From the NCBI RefSeq assembly GCF_000011465.1, contig NC_005072.1, positions 930,001 to 962,000 on the forward strand: DNA of 32,000 nt, written 5' to 3'. This stretch comes from Prochlorococcus marinus subsp. pastoris str. CCMP1986 (GTDB lineage: Bacteria; Cyanobacteriota; Cyanobacteriia; PCC-6307; Cyanobiaceae). Shown piece after piece: positions 1-8,647 of the stretch. The notes below the pieces were generated by a model. That model was given only the letters and a program-made list of their open reading frames with translations, was not told where the DNA came from and made no database searches. The first letter of the stretch is position 1. Each line of letters opens with the position of its first letter. The translations under genes and the position numbers were made by a program.

Positions 1-1
1 T

Positions 2-259
2 TTATTGGGAGCAATACTTGGAGCAGTCTTAATAAATTATGCAAAAAGTTTAGTAAGTGAAGCTTTACCGGCAAGCTGGATGTTTATTCAGGGTGGATTA
101 TTTATTCTAGTAGTTACAGCATTACCAGAAGGTGTTTTAGGATGGGTACAAGGAGAGGGACCAAGGAATCTGCTTCAAAAACTTGGTCTGAAAAGGAAAA
201 TCGAAACATACCCAAGTCTAGAAATAAAAAATGAAACGGAGGGATTAAAAAATGAATAA
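2..259 (+). CDS. urtC: Urea ABC transporter permease UrtC, C-terminal fragment (truncated by window start)
   Basis: Open frame from the window edge (LGAILGAVLINYAKSLVSEALPASWMFIQGGLFILVVTALPEGVLG) typical of a LivM/UrtC C-terminus; overlaps the following urtD by 8 nt. Confidence 0.85.
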   Translation, partial: LLGAILGAVLINYAKSLVSEALPASWMFIQGGLFILVVTALPEGVLGWVQGEGPRNLLQKLGLKRKIETYPSLEIKNETEGLKNE

Positions 260-1007
260 GAATACTAATTCTTTATTAAGCCTAGAAAATATAAGTGTAA
301 GTTTTGAAGGATTTCTAGCATTAAATGATCTAAACCTTAGCTTAAAAACAGGAGAATTAAGAGCTGTAATTGGTCCAAATGGGGCGGGGAAAACAACATT
401 TCTAGATGTAATAACAGGTAAAGTAAAACCTACTAAAGGTGATGTTTTTTTTAAAGGAAAATCATTAATAGGAAGAAAAGAACATAAAATTGCACGTTTA
501 GGTGTAGGAAGAAAATTTCAAAGCCCAAGAGTATTTGAAAATCTAACTGTTAAAGAAAATCTTGAGATATCAGTAAGTACTCCTAAAAGTCCTTTAAATC
601 TAATTAATAAAAAAATTAAAAATGATCAATTAGATGAAATAGAACATTTAATGAAAGTCATAAATTTATCAAAAAAAATCAATTCAAAAGCCGGTGCATT
701 ATCACATGGTCAAAAACAATGGTTAGAAATAGCAATGTTACTAGGTCAAAAACCGGATTTAATGCTGGTTGATGAACCTGTGGCAGGGCTTACAGATGAA
801 GAAACTGATTTGACAGCAGATTTATTAAAATCATTATCTGGAGAAAATACTGTTGTTGTTATAGATCACGATATGGAATTCATAAGAAGACTTGATAGTA
901 ATGTTTCAGTTCTCAATCAAGGAACAGTATTATGTGAAGGTACAATGGATACTATTCAAAATGACAAAAGGGTAATTGATGTTTATTTAGGAAGACCGGA
1001 GGAATAA
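252..1007 (+). CDS. urtD: Urea ABC transporter ATP-binding protein UrtD
   Basis: Walker A GPNGAGKTTFLDVITG, LSHGQKQWLEIAMLLGQKPDLMLVDEPVAG signature and Walker B; LivG/UrtD-like; position between urtC and urtE. Confidence 0.93.
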   Translation: MNKNTNSLLSLENISVSFEGFLALNDLNLSLKTGELRAVIGPNGAGKTTFLDVITGKVKPTKGDVFFKGKSLIGRKEHKIARLGVGRKFQSPRVFENLTVKENLEISVSTPKSPLNLINKKIKNDQLDEIEHLMKVINLSKKINSKAGALSHGQKQWLEIAMLLGQKPDLMLVDEPVAGLTDEETDLTADLLKSLSGENTVVVIDHDMEFIRRLDSNVSVLNQGTVLCEGTMDTIQNDKRVIDVYLGRPEE

Positions 1008-1009
1008 CA

Positions 1010-1720
1010 ATGAAAAATCTACTAGAAGTAAAATCATTAAATACCTATTATGGGGAAAGCCATATCCTCAGAGATGTAGATTTAAACCTTAAATCTGGAG
1101 AAATGATCTGTTTAATAGGTAGAAATGGAGTAGGGAAAACTACTTTATTAAAATCATTAATAGGGCTATTAAGGGCAAAGAAAGGAGAAATAAACTTTAT
1201 TGGAGAAAATATAAATAGAAAGGCGCCACATCAAAGAGCTAGAAAAGGAATGGCATATGTTCCTCAAGGAAGAGAAATAATACCTTATCTGACTGTTGAA
1301 GAAAACTTAATGTTGGGAATGGAATCGCTTCCTGGAGGCTTATCTAAAAATAAAAATATTGATTCAAGTATCTATGATTTATTTCCTATTTTAAAAGACT
1401 TTCTATCAAGAAAAGGAGGAGATCTGAGTGGAGGGCAACAACAACAACTTGCAATTGCGAGAGCACTATTAGGTAAACCAAAATTATTGTTACTAGACGA
1501 ACCTACTGAAGGAATTCAACCAAATATAGTATTAGATATTGAAAACGCTATAAATCTCATAATTAAAGAAACTGGTATCGGAGTTTTATTAGTTGAACAG
1601 CACTTACACTTTGTTAGGCAGGCAAGTAGATATTACGCGATGCAAAGGGGAGGAATTGTTGCAAGTGGCCGTACAAGTGAATTAAGCCAAACAGTTATTG
1701 ATAAATTTTTAAGTGTATAG
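1010..1720 (+). CDS. urtE: Urea ABC transporter ATP-binding protein UrtE
   Basis: Walker A GRNGVGKTTLLKSLIGL, LSGGQQQQLAIARALLGKPKLLLLDEPTEGIQPNIV; LivF/UrtE-like; adjacent to urtD. Confidence 0.93.
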   Translation: MKNLLEVKSLNTYYGESHILRDVDLNLKSGEMICLIGRNGVGKTTLLKSLIGLLRAKKGEINFIGENINRKAPHQRARKGMAYVPQGREIIPYLTVEENLMLGMESLPGGLSKNKNIDSSIYDLFPILKDFLSRKGGDLSGGQQQQLAIARALLGKPKLLLLDEPTEGIQPNIVLDIENAINLIIKETGIGVLLVEQHLHFVRQASRYYAMQRGGIVASGRTSELSQTVIDKFLSV

Positions 1721-1749
1721 AATATAACTTTAAAATATCTATTTAAATA

Positions 1750-1929
1750 TCACTTTTCGCATCTAATTAAATCAATCCTGTTAGGATGTGCATTTATATA
1801 TTTATTAAACTCCATAGCCAATGTTCTTGCTTCATAAGAATCTAATGCATAAAAACAATTTTCTAATCTAAGATTTTGAAAGTCTCTATAATAGACAGTG
1901 TATGGTTTTAAAAAAGGTTTGTTATTCAT
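1750..1929 (-). CDS. Small hypothetical protein, 59 aa (MNNKPFLKPYTVYYRDFQNLRLENCFYALDSYEARTLAMEFNKYINAHPNRIDLIRCEK)
   Basis: ATG-to-TGA ORF on the minus strand, read by hand; below the ORF-track size cutoff; balanced, non-repetitive composition. Confidence 0.55.
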   Translation of the reverse strand: MNNKPFLKPYTVYYRDFQNLRLENCFYALDSYEARTLAMEFNKYINAHPNRIDLIRCEK

Positions 1930-2054
1930 ATAATTTTAATACTATTTCTTTGGATACCTTAACCATGCATAAATTAATTAATTAAGAGAATATGTTTTGT
2001 TGCTTTCAATATATAAATCGTCAAATACGTATAACAACTATTCAAAGTTTTCAA

Positions 2055-2171
2055 TTAGGGTTTAGTCTTTTTTTCCTTGCTTTTTGTTTGTTTCCCTTCA
2101 ATTAAGAAAACAAACTTTGATAAAATTCCACCAAAGAAAGGAACCCAAAATTTTTCATAAAAATATTTCAT
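2055..2171 (-). CDS. Possible small protein, 38 aa (MKYFYEKFWVPFFGGILSKFVFLIEGKQTKSKEKKTKP)
   Basis: ORF read by hand; hydrophobic middle and basic tail; no homology check possible. Confidence 0.35.
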   Translation of the reverse strand: MKYFYEKFWVPFFGGILSKFVFLIEGKQTKSKEKKTKP

Positions 2172-2183
2172 AATTAAGAACTA

Positions 2184-2354
2184 TTATGCAACACTAATAT
2201 ATTCTTCACTATCCATGTTCTTTAATGAGTCTAGATCTATCGAATTAAAAAGATACTGCATTAAAAGAAGATCAAGCTCATTATTTAATAAATTAACCTC
2301 CGAAGAGAGTAGATCATCAATAAAATAATTAAAGGTTTCCAAATCATTATTCAT
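2184..2354 (-). CDS. Small acidic hypothetical protein, 56 aa (MNNDLETFNYFIDDLLSSEVNLLNNELDLLLMQYLFNSIDLDSLKNMDSEEYISVA)
   Basis: ORF read by hand; below track cutoff; codon use resembles neighbouring genes. Confidence 0.5.
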   Translation of the reverse strand: MNNDLETFNYFIDDLLSSEVNLLNNELDLLLMQYLFNSIDLDSLKNMDSEEYISVA

Positions 2355-2753
2355 GAAAATAATCTATATTTTTGATAATTATTAATCATATAAAATATAA
2401 AAGCTAATTAAATTTTAAAATCAAAATATTAATAAAGAATTTTTTAAATTTATATTTTTGAAATGCCAGTAAATTTTAAAAAGTTAAATAAATTTTTAAT
2501 TAAAAGAGGATACCATTATAAATCCTTTTGAATAATAAATTTAAACTCAATACGAACTATTAAGCCAACTAGAATTAAAAAAATGCCTAAATATGAATTT
2601 AAAGAGAGATCCAAATTAATAATTTTTGATTAAATATATATTAGCCTATGAAATTAAATCATCAAATCTTGGATTTAATCTCAGTTAAATAAAAATAATT
2701 TATGAGCATTTATATCCAATTAACGAATAAACTAAATATATAAATTAAATTTG

Positions 2754-2927
2754 ATGAATAAAATTTCATTCTCTATGCAGGAATTTTTACAAAAAGATCT
2801 TAGTTCAAGCTTATTATCAATTTCAGTATTATTGGGATGGCTAGGAATAAGTTTTGTTTTCCTAAGAATATTAGCGATAATAATTAAAAAAATATTAGAA
2901 GCCGTATTCAAAAGCTCTAATAAATAA
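2754..2927 (+). CDS. Small single-TM hypothetical protein, 57 aa (MNKISFSMQEFLQKDLSSSLLSISVLLGWLGISFVFLRILAIIIKKILEAVFKSSNK)
   Basis: ORF read by hand; clear hydrophobic segment; below track cutoff. Confidence 0.6.
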   Translation: MNKISFSMQEFLQKDLSSSLLSISVLLGWLGISFVFLRILAIIIKKILEAVFKSSNK

Positions 2928-2989
2928 TAACAAGAACTTATATTTAAGTATCACAATAATAAAAATATTATAGGTATAATAACTTATAA

Positions 2990-3385
2990 ATGACAATCCT
3001 AGATAAAGTAAAAATAGGAAACACGGTTAAGGTTAATCTAGAGCTTTCAAAAGATCGATTAACTAAAGAGACCATTGAAGCAATAAACATTTCATCAGAA
3101 TGCACTATAAGTGACTTCAAAATTACTGATGGTATGGGTATTGGAGTATTTTTAAACTTATCAAATGGGAAAAATGAGTGGTTTTTTGAAAATGAAATTC
3201 AAATTCTTGATGAGCAAGGCAACATAATAGAAAATGAAGTAAATAAAAATAAAATTTTAGAAAATAATTTTAGATTGAATGCAATTAATAATATTAATTA
3301 TGAATCTAAGTTTAAATCCAGTGAACTTTTAAACCCGATTAATTTTATAACTTGGCTTATTGTTTCATTAAAAGATATTTTTTAA
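2990..3385 (+). CDS. Hypothetical protein, 131 aa, possibly DUF2862-like
   Basis: KIGNTVKVNLELSKDRLTKETIEAI...ECTISDFKITDGMGIGVFLNLSNGKNEWFFENEI; family assignment from memory only. Confidence 0.65.
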   Translation: MTILDKVKIGNTVKVNLELSKDRLTKETIEAINISSECTISDFKITDGMGIGVFLNLSNGKNEWFFENEIQILDEQGNIIENEVNKNKILENNFRLNAINNINYESKFKSSELLNPINFITWLIVSLKDIF

Positions 3386-3469
3386 TTGATTTTAATATTC
3401 AACTAAATAAATAAATTTAGATTTTTAAAATTTATAGAATCCAAAATTAAAACTTACTTTTCAAATAAT

Positions 3470-4459
3470 ATGGAAGAGAATATTATTCAGGTTGAAAATT
3501 TATCAAAATCATTTGATATCTCATCAAAAGAACCTGGACTAAAAGGTACACTTAAGCATTTTTTTAAAAGAGAAAAAAAAAGTATTGAAGTTATAAAAAA
3601 TATAAATTTCGGAATAAAAAAAGGAGAAATAGTAGGGTTTCTTGGGGCTAATGGAGCTGGGAAAACAACCATTCTTAAAATACTCTGTGGTTTAATTCAC
3701 CCAAGCCAAGGTCGGTTGTCGGTTGCAGGTAACCTGCCTTATAAAAGAAGGTCTAATTTTCTGAAAAATATAACTTTAATAATGGGGCAAAAACAACAGC
3801 TAATTTGGGATCTTCCTCCAATAGAATCTTTTTACTTAAATGCCGCAATTTATGACATAGAAAAATTTGAAGCTAAAAAAAGAATTAAAAAGTTGTCAGA
3901 TATGCTGGAAATTGAAAAGGAGCTTTATATACCTGTTAGAAAATTATCTTTAGGTCAAAGAATGAAATCAGAATTATTAGCAGCTTTAATACATAAACCA
4001 AATATATTATTTTTAGATGAACCGACACTAGGCCTAGATATTAACGCTCAAAGGAATCTTAGAAAATTTCTGCAAATTTATAATAAAGACACAGATGCAA
4101 CAATTTGTCTAACTAGTCATTACATGAAAGATATTACATCTTTATGCAAGAGGGTATTATGTATTCACGAAGGTTGTCTTACATATGATGGGAGACTGGA
4201 AAGACTATTAAAAAAAATATCTCCTGTTAAAGATATACTAATAATTTGCAAGACGGATAAAGATGCTAAAGAACTAAGCAATTCAGGATTAAATATTAAA
4301 AATCAAAATCAAAAAGAAATTACAATAACAATTAAAAAAGATTCTATTAAATCTACTTTAAATAATATTCTTAACAAATTTGAGATCGAGGATCTATATA
4401 TAAATGAGCCTCCAGTTGACGAAATAATTGGAGACATTTTAGTGAAGGAAAAAGTATAA
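3470..4459 (+). CDS. ABC-2 type exporter, ATP-binding protein
   Basis: Walker A GANGAGKTTILKILCGL, LSLGQRMKSELLAALIHKPNILFLDEPTLGLD; followed directly by two permease genes. Confidence 0.93.
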   Translation: MEENIIQVENLSKSFDISSKEPGLKGTLKHFFKREKKSIEVIKNINFGIKKGEIVGFLGANGAGKTTILKILCGLIHPSQGRLSVAGNLPYKRRSNFLKNITLIMGQKQQLIWDLPPIESFYLNAAIYDIEKFEAKKRIKKLSDMLEIEKELYIPVRKLSLGQRMKSELLAALIHKPNILFLDEPTLGLDINAQRNLRKFLQIYNKDTDATICLTSHYMKDITSLCKRVLCIHEGCLTYDGRLERLLKKISPVKDILIICKTDKDAKELSNSGLNIKNQNQKEITITIKKDSIKSTLNNILNKFEIEDLYINEPPVDEIIGDILVKEKV

Positions 4460-5251
4460 ATGTTTAATTTAAATAAAAATAAGCTAATAACATTATTAAA
4501 AGTACAGTACTCAAATATGTTGGAATATAGAGTAGAAATAGCTTTATGGGCAATATCAGGAATAATACCTTTTTTCATGCTCAATATATGGACAAACAAT
4601 AACTTAAATGAATCTATTAACTTAAGTAATGTAATGCTCTCAAGATATTTTTTGAGTGCGTTCTTTGTGAGGCAATTTTCCGTAGTTTGGGTTGTCTTTA
4701 CTTTTGAAGAAGACGCTCTCTTGGGTAAAATTTCCCCATATCTAATTCAACCTTTAAACCCATTTTTTAGATACTTTGCTCAACACATAGCAGAACAAAT
4801 AACACGCTTCCCTTTTGCCATAATAATTGCGTTAATTTTTTTTCTAATAAATCCAGAAAGTTTATGGATACCAAACTTAAGTCTATTTTTATTAGCATGT
4901 TTTTCTACATTTTTTTCTTTTCTAATTCAATTTCTGATTCAATCAATTATTGCTTGCTTCTGTTTTTGGACAGAAAAGGCTTCTTCAATAGAAAGATTGT
5001 TATTTATCCCAACTTTATTCCTTTCAGGACTTTTAGCCCCAGTAATATCATTCCCAGAATATGTGAAATCATGGATATACCTAACCCCATTCCCTTACTT
5101 AATTGATTTTCCAGCAAATATATTATCTGGAAATAATACAAACATAGTTTCTGGATTTTTTATGCAGATATTTTGGATTTCAGTTCTTTTCCCAATATTT
5201 AAAAGGACTTGGTCTCTTGGAACAAAAAAATATACAGCGATGGGTTCATGA
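4460..5251 (+). CDS. ABC-2 type transporter permease (DUF990/ABC2_membrane_6-like)
   Basis: Multi-TM protein immediately downstream of the ATPase; LEYRVEIALWAISGIIPFFMLNIW and EDALLGKISPYLIQPLNPFFRYFAQHIAEQ motifs. Confidence 0.82.
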   Translation: MFNLNKNKLITLLKVQYSNMLEYRVEIALWAISGIIPFFMLNIWTNNNLNESINLSNVMLSRYFLSAFFVRQFSVVWVVFTFEEDALLGKISPYLIQPLNPFFRYFAQHIAEQITRFPFAIIIALIFFLINPESLWIPNLSLFLLACFSTFFSFLIQFLIQSIIACFCFWTEKASSIERLLFIPTLFLSGLLAPVISFPEYVKSWIYLTPFPYLIDFPANILSGNNTNIVSGFFMQIFWISVLFPIFKRTWSLGTKKYTAMGS

Positions 5252-6042
5252 AAATAAAAAAATATATAAAAATTTATTCATTATTTTTAAGTACTTCTAT
5301 AGCCTCAGAATTGGAATATAAGACTAACGTAATAATTGACTTTATTACTGCAATTTTAAGCTTAGTAGGGAGCGTATTTTTATTAACTATATTTTTCCAA
5401 AATACTGATAATATCGGAGGATGGAATTTTGAACAAGCCTTAATTATTCAAGGGATATATACAATTTTAAATGGAATTACTAATACATGGTTCAATCCAA
5501 ATCTTACAGAAATAGTAAAACACATAAGAGAAGGAACCTTAGATTTTGTTCTTCTAAAACCCTTAGATAGTCAATTTTTTATTTCCTTAAATAAAATAGC
5601 ACCCTCTGGATTTTTAGAAATAATATTAGGTTTTGCTCTACTATTTTATTGCATAGGTATTAATCAAATAAATATAAACTTAAGTTTTTTATTATCTTGC
5701 CTTACAACATTGTGTTGTTCTATTTTAATTCTATATAGCTTATGGTTTTTAATCTCAACAACAACTATTTGGTTTGTAAAAACATGGAATGCGACAGAAG
5801 TCTTACGTTCTTTTCTTTATATAGGAAGATTTCCTTTAAATTCATTTTCATTCTCATTAAGGATATTCTTTAGTATTTTTGTTCCAATTGCATTCATAAC
5901 GACAATTCCTTCTGAAGTTTTCCTAGGTATTGCACTACTATGGGAAATATTATTAGAAATAATTGTTGCTGTAATATTTTTTTTAGTTTCAAGAAGATTT
6001 TGGTTATTTGCCCTAAAATATTACACTTCAGCTTCTAGCTAA
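5248..6042 (+). CDS. ABC-2 type transporter permease, second subunit
   Basis: Track ORF starts at 5209, but the ATG at 5248 overlaps the upstream stop as ATGA and gives MKIKKYIKIYSLFLSTSIASELEYKTNV; multi-TM with EGTLDFVLLKPLDSQFFISL. Confidence 0.82.
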   Translation: MKIKKYIKIYSLFLSTSIASELEYKTNVIIDFITAILSLVGSVFLLTIFFQNTDNIGGWNFEQALIIQGIYTILNGITNTWFNPNLTEIVKHIREGTLDFVLLKPLDSQFFISLNKIAPSGFLEIILGFALLFYCIGINQININLSFLLSCLTTLCCSILILYSLWFLISTTTIWFVKTWNATEVLRSFLYIGRFPLNSFSFSLRIFFSIFVPIAFITTIPSEVFLGIALLWEILLEIIVAVIFFLVSRRFWLFALKYYTSASS

Positions 6043-6045
6043 TTT

Positions 6046-6336
6046 TTAATTAACAATTTCTCGACATAAATCCCACATTTTTTGCTTAGTATTTAAATTA
6101 GTTAATTTTGATAATTTTTTGAAATTTAATGATGACTTTTCAATGGTAAGTAGGCGACAAATATAATTTATTTCATGATATCTTGAAATCGTTCCAAGTT
6201 TAATTGAAACATTAGAAAGGATTACTATTAGTGAAAGAAGAGCAAATATTAATAAGAAAGAAAAAGAAGAATTCCTAAGGTCATCATTTTGAGTTTTAAC
6301 TTCGAATTTCATTATTCCATAATATGCTGAGGACAC
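6046..6336 (-). CDS. Hypothetical single-TM protein, 96 aa at most
   Basis: ORF with central hydrophobic segment FSFLLIFALLSLIVILSNVSI; a downstream internal Met (MKFEVKTQND) may be the true start. Confidence 0.5.
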   Translation of the reverse strand: MSSAYYGIMKFEVKTQNDDLRNSSFSFLLIFALLSLIVILSNVSIKLGTISRYHEINYICRLLTIEKSSLNFKKLSKLTNLNTKQKMWDLCREIVN

Positions 6337-6539
6337 TTAATAGCTGCAATAGCAATTGCCGCGACTTTAAAATTATCTGATTTCTCAATTACTTTTTTAA
6401 CTTCTAGTGGACCAAACTTCTCACTTGCATCACTATAAGAAAGAAGTAAAGATTTATAATTATCATGACCTACATTTCTATATTCACAGAAGTTATCTCC
6501 AACATAATTTAATAGTGTAAGTAAAGTTAATTCGATCAT
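6312..6539 (-). CDS. Hypothetical protein, 75 aa
   Basis: ORF MIELTLLTLLNYVGDNFCEYRNVGHDNYKSLLLSYSDASEKFGPLEV...; adjacent to the previous minus-strand ORF with a small overlap. Confidence 0.55.
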   Translation of the reverse strand: MIELTLLTLLNYVGDNFCEYRNVGHDNYKSLLLSYSDASEKFGPLEVKKVIEKSDNFKVAAIAIAAIKCPQHIME

Positions 6540-6689
6540 TAAATTTTAAATTATTAATCACTTTTACGAATAATACATTGTGCAGAAGCTTTAACAAGCT
6601 TATTAAGCTAATAAATTTCTAAATTTAAATTTTTATTATATTGAATAAACCTCATAATATTACAAAATATTATCTCAATTGCAAGACTC

Positions 6690-6838
6690 TTTAAAAATTC
6701 ATTTAGGAAGCACTATCTGTAGTGTCATAGATCCACAAATAACGCGCTACCGATGGGGGGGGTTGCATTTTTAATTAAATTGGATTAAAAATAAGATTCC
6801 CCATCACCTGGCCTCACAATTGTGAGGCTTTTTTTTTT
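6690..6838 (+). ncRNA. Candidate structured small RNA ending in an intrinsic terminator (5' end approximate)
   Basis: Hairpin CACTA-TCTG-TAGTG (6711-6724); stem GATGGGG (6752-6758) with CCCCATC (6799-6805) enclosing ATTTTTAAT (6767-6775) and ATTAAAAAT (6784-6792); then terminator hairpin plus T10. No ORF in the interval. Confidence 0.55.
6811..6838 (+). terminator. Strong Rho-independent terminator
   Basis: Perfect 18-nt palindrome GCCTCACAATTGTGAGGC followed by a run of 10 T. Confidence 0.9.
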
Positions 6839-6942
6839 ACGTAATGATATTCGGGGAGGACAAAATAAATTTGGTACAAAAGTATTTTTTAATACAACTT
6901 CAATCTAAAAAGATAATTAATCTTTTTTAAAATATTCTTCAA

Positions 6943-7026
6943 ATGAATTTTTCACTATTAACAGCTACAGCAGCAGTGGGACTTTTTTTAACTACAACAA
7001 CTGTTCTGGCATTTGCCATAAGTTAA
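6943..7026 (+). CDS. Possible 27-aa membrane peptide (MNFSLLTATAAVGLFLTTTTVLAFAIS)
   Basis: ATG-to-TAA mini-ORF; nearly entirely hydrophobic, in the style of small photosystem/cytochrome peptides. Confidence 0.45.
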   Translation: MNFSLLTATAAVGLFLTTTTVLAFAIS

Positions 7027-7027
7027 T

Positions 7028-7840
7028 TTATATCAAAGAACGAATTGACTTTACTAACAAACTAACTCCTACAAGCAGGCATACAACTGTAAATGTATTT
7101 TTAATGAGTTTATTCCCTTTTAAATTAGACATATGAGCACCAAAATATCCCCCCGCAAAAGATCCCAAAATAAGAATTACTAATATATCTGTAGGTATAT
7201 AACCAATTTTGCTGAGAAAATAGGCCCCTATAGCATTCCAGAAAATACCTACTGTAAAAAAAGTTAAACTAACAGCTCTAAGAAAATCCATCTTAAAAAT
7301 TTTAATTAATAAGAAAGTTACTAACAAACCAGTTCCTGAAGAGACAGAACCGTTAAGGATTCCAATAAAAAAAATAGGAATAATAAACTTTAATTCTAGT
7401 TGGGAATTGATAATATTATCTGTTGAATTCAAACCTAAACTAGGTTTACAAAAAGAGTATATAGCTAAGACTATTGAAATAAATCCTAATATTAAAAATA
7501 GATATTGCTCAGAAAGGAATTTCACAATATTTGAACCCAAAATAACTCCTGGGGTTCCAAAGAATAAAATTTGCCATAAAACAAAAATATCATTTCTAAT
7601 ATATTTAAAATTTCTAATTGATCCACCTAAACCCAAAGCAACCGTGGCAACTTTATGTGAAGCAAGAGCTTGATAATAAGGTAAACCAAATAAAATCAAA
7701 GCAGGTAATTGAATTAATCCAGCGCCTCCTCCAGAAATGGCTGAAAATGTATTTGATAAAAAAGAAATTAAAAAAATTAAAGCTTTGTTATAAAAATAAA
7801 AATCACTATCAATTGTTAAATATAAAAAAGTAATTAACAT
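7028..7840 (-). CDS. Sulfite exporter TauE/SafE family permease
   Basis: Multi-TM protein with SAISGGGAGLIQLPALILFGLPYYQALASHKVATVALGLGGSIRN and a second NGSVSSGTGLL half repeat. Confidence 0.87.
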   Translation of the reverse strand: MLITFLYLTIDSDFYFYNKALIFLISFLSNTFSAISGGGAGLIQLPALILFGLPYYQALASHKVATVALGLGGSIRNFKYIRNDIFVLWQILFFGTPGVILGSNIVKFLSEQYLFLILGFISIVLAIYSFCKPSLGLNSTDNIINSQLELKFIIPIFFIGILNGSVSSGTGLLVTFLLIKIFKMDFLRAVSLTFFTVGIFWNAIGAYFLSKIGYIPTDILVILILGSFAGGYFGAHMSNLKGNKLIKNTFTVVCLLVGVSLLVKSIRSLI

Positions 7841-7977
7841 TAAATATAATTCTTACTTTAAAAAATATCTTCAATTATTAGATATTAACATTACATATTT
7901 ATAAAATAGTTTGAAATTTTAAGTATCTTCAGAACTTAAGAAAAACTGTTATTATTGGCATAGTTATCAAGACGCTT

Positions 7978-8319
7978 ATGCATAAGCAAGATGCAATTTA
8001 CCTTGATCAACTTTGCCCTAAAATTAGCAATAAAAACTGGAGAGATTCTCTTCATAAATTAACAAATAATACTTGCATTTATTGCGGTAATCCATCTGAA
8101 TCTCTTGATCACCTATATCCAAGGTCAAAAGGAGGAGAAACTATCACAAAAAATTGCGTTCCATGCTGTTTATCTTGCAACGGAAAAAAATCTGATATAG
8201 AAGTACTTAAATGGTACAGGAGTCAAAAATTCTATGACCCAAGAAGATCAATGGCAATTAGAGCATGGTTTAATAATGATTTAAAGTTGGCTTCTGTCTT
8301 ATTAAATTACATAAAATAA
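7978..8319 (+). CDS. HNH endonuclease family protein
   Basis: CIYCGNPSESLDHLYPRSKGGETITKNCVPCCLSCNGKKSD: paired CxxC motifs and an HNH core. Confidence 0.88.
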   Translation: MHKQDAIYLDQLCPKISNKNWRDSLHKLTNNTCIYCGNPSESLDHLYPRSKGGETITKNCVPCCLSCNGKKSDIEVLKWYRSQKFYDPRRSMAIRAWFNNDLKLASVLLNYIK

Positions 8320-8404
8320 TTTATTATTTTTAATTCTCTTTAAATTAATTAAAGTAATCTTTTATCGAATTTAATTCAAAGGATTATTTAAATATTATTT
8401 TTTA

Positions 8405-8647
8405 TTATAAAAAAATAGATTTTTTCAACTCGACTAAATCATTTTTAAAGAAAAAAATGGTAGAAAATTCTTCTTTCCACATTATAGGGGATTCAATAAC
8501 TTTTCTTTCTGGAGATTTTACCGAAAATATCAAAGCAAAGACTACGATAATAGTGCCAAAAAGAATTATTATTAAATTTTTATCCGAAAGATTATTCATA
8601 AAAAATCTTTTAACTAGATAATTTCTTATCAGGAGTTGTCTTATCAT
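8405..8647 (-). CDS. Hypothetical single-TM protein
   Basis: LIIILFGTIIVVFALIFSVKSPERKVIESPI hydrophobic segment; the true start may be the internal Met (MNNLSDKN). Confidence 0.5.
   Translation of the reverse strand: MIRQLLIRNYLVKRFFMNNLSDKNLIIILFGTIIVVFALIFSVKSPERKVIESPIMWKEEFSTIFFFKNDLVELKKSIFL

Noticed and set aside
3487-5106. Antisense ORFs 3487-3672 (-), 4309-4599 (-) and 4864-5106 (+ in an alternate frame)
   Set aside because: They overlap strongly supported ABC transporter genes and show no domain or sensible composition.
7978-8319. HNH endonuclease considered as part of a restriction or other defence system
   Set aside because: No methyltransferase, ATPase or other effector is adjacent, and the neighbours look like core genes. 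Most likely a stand-alone conserved HNH protein.
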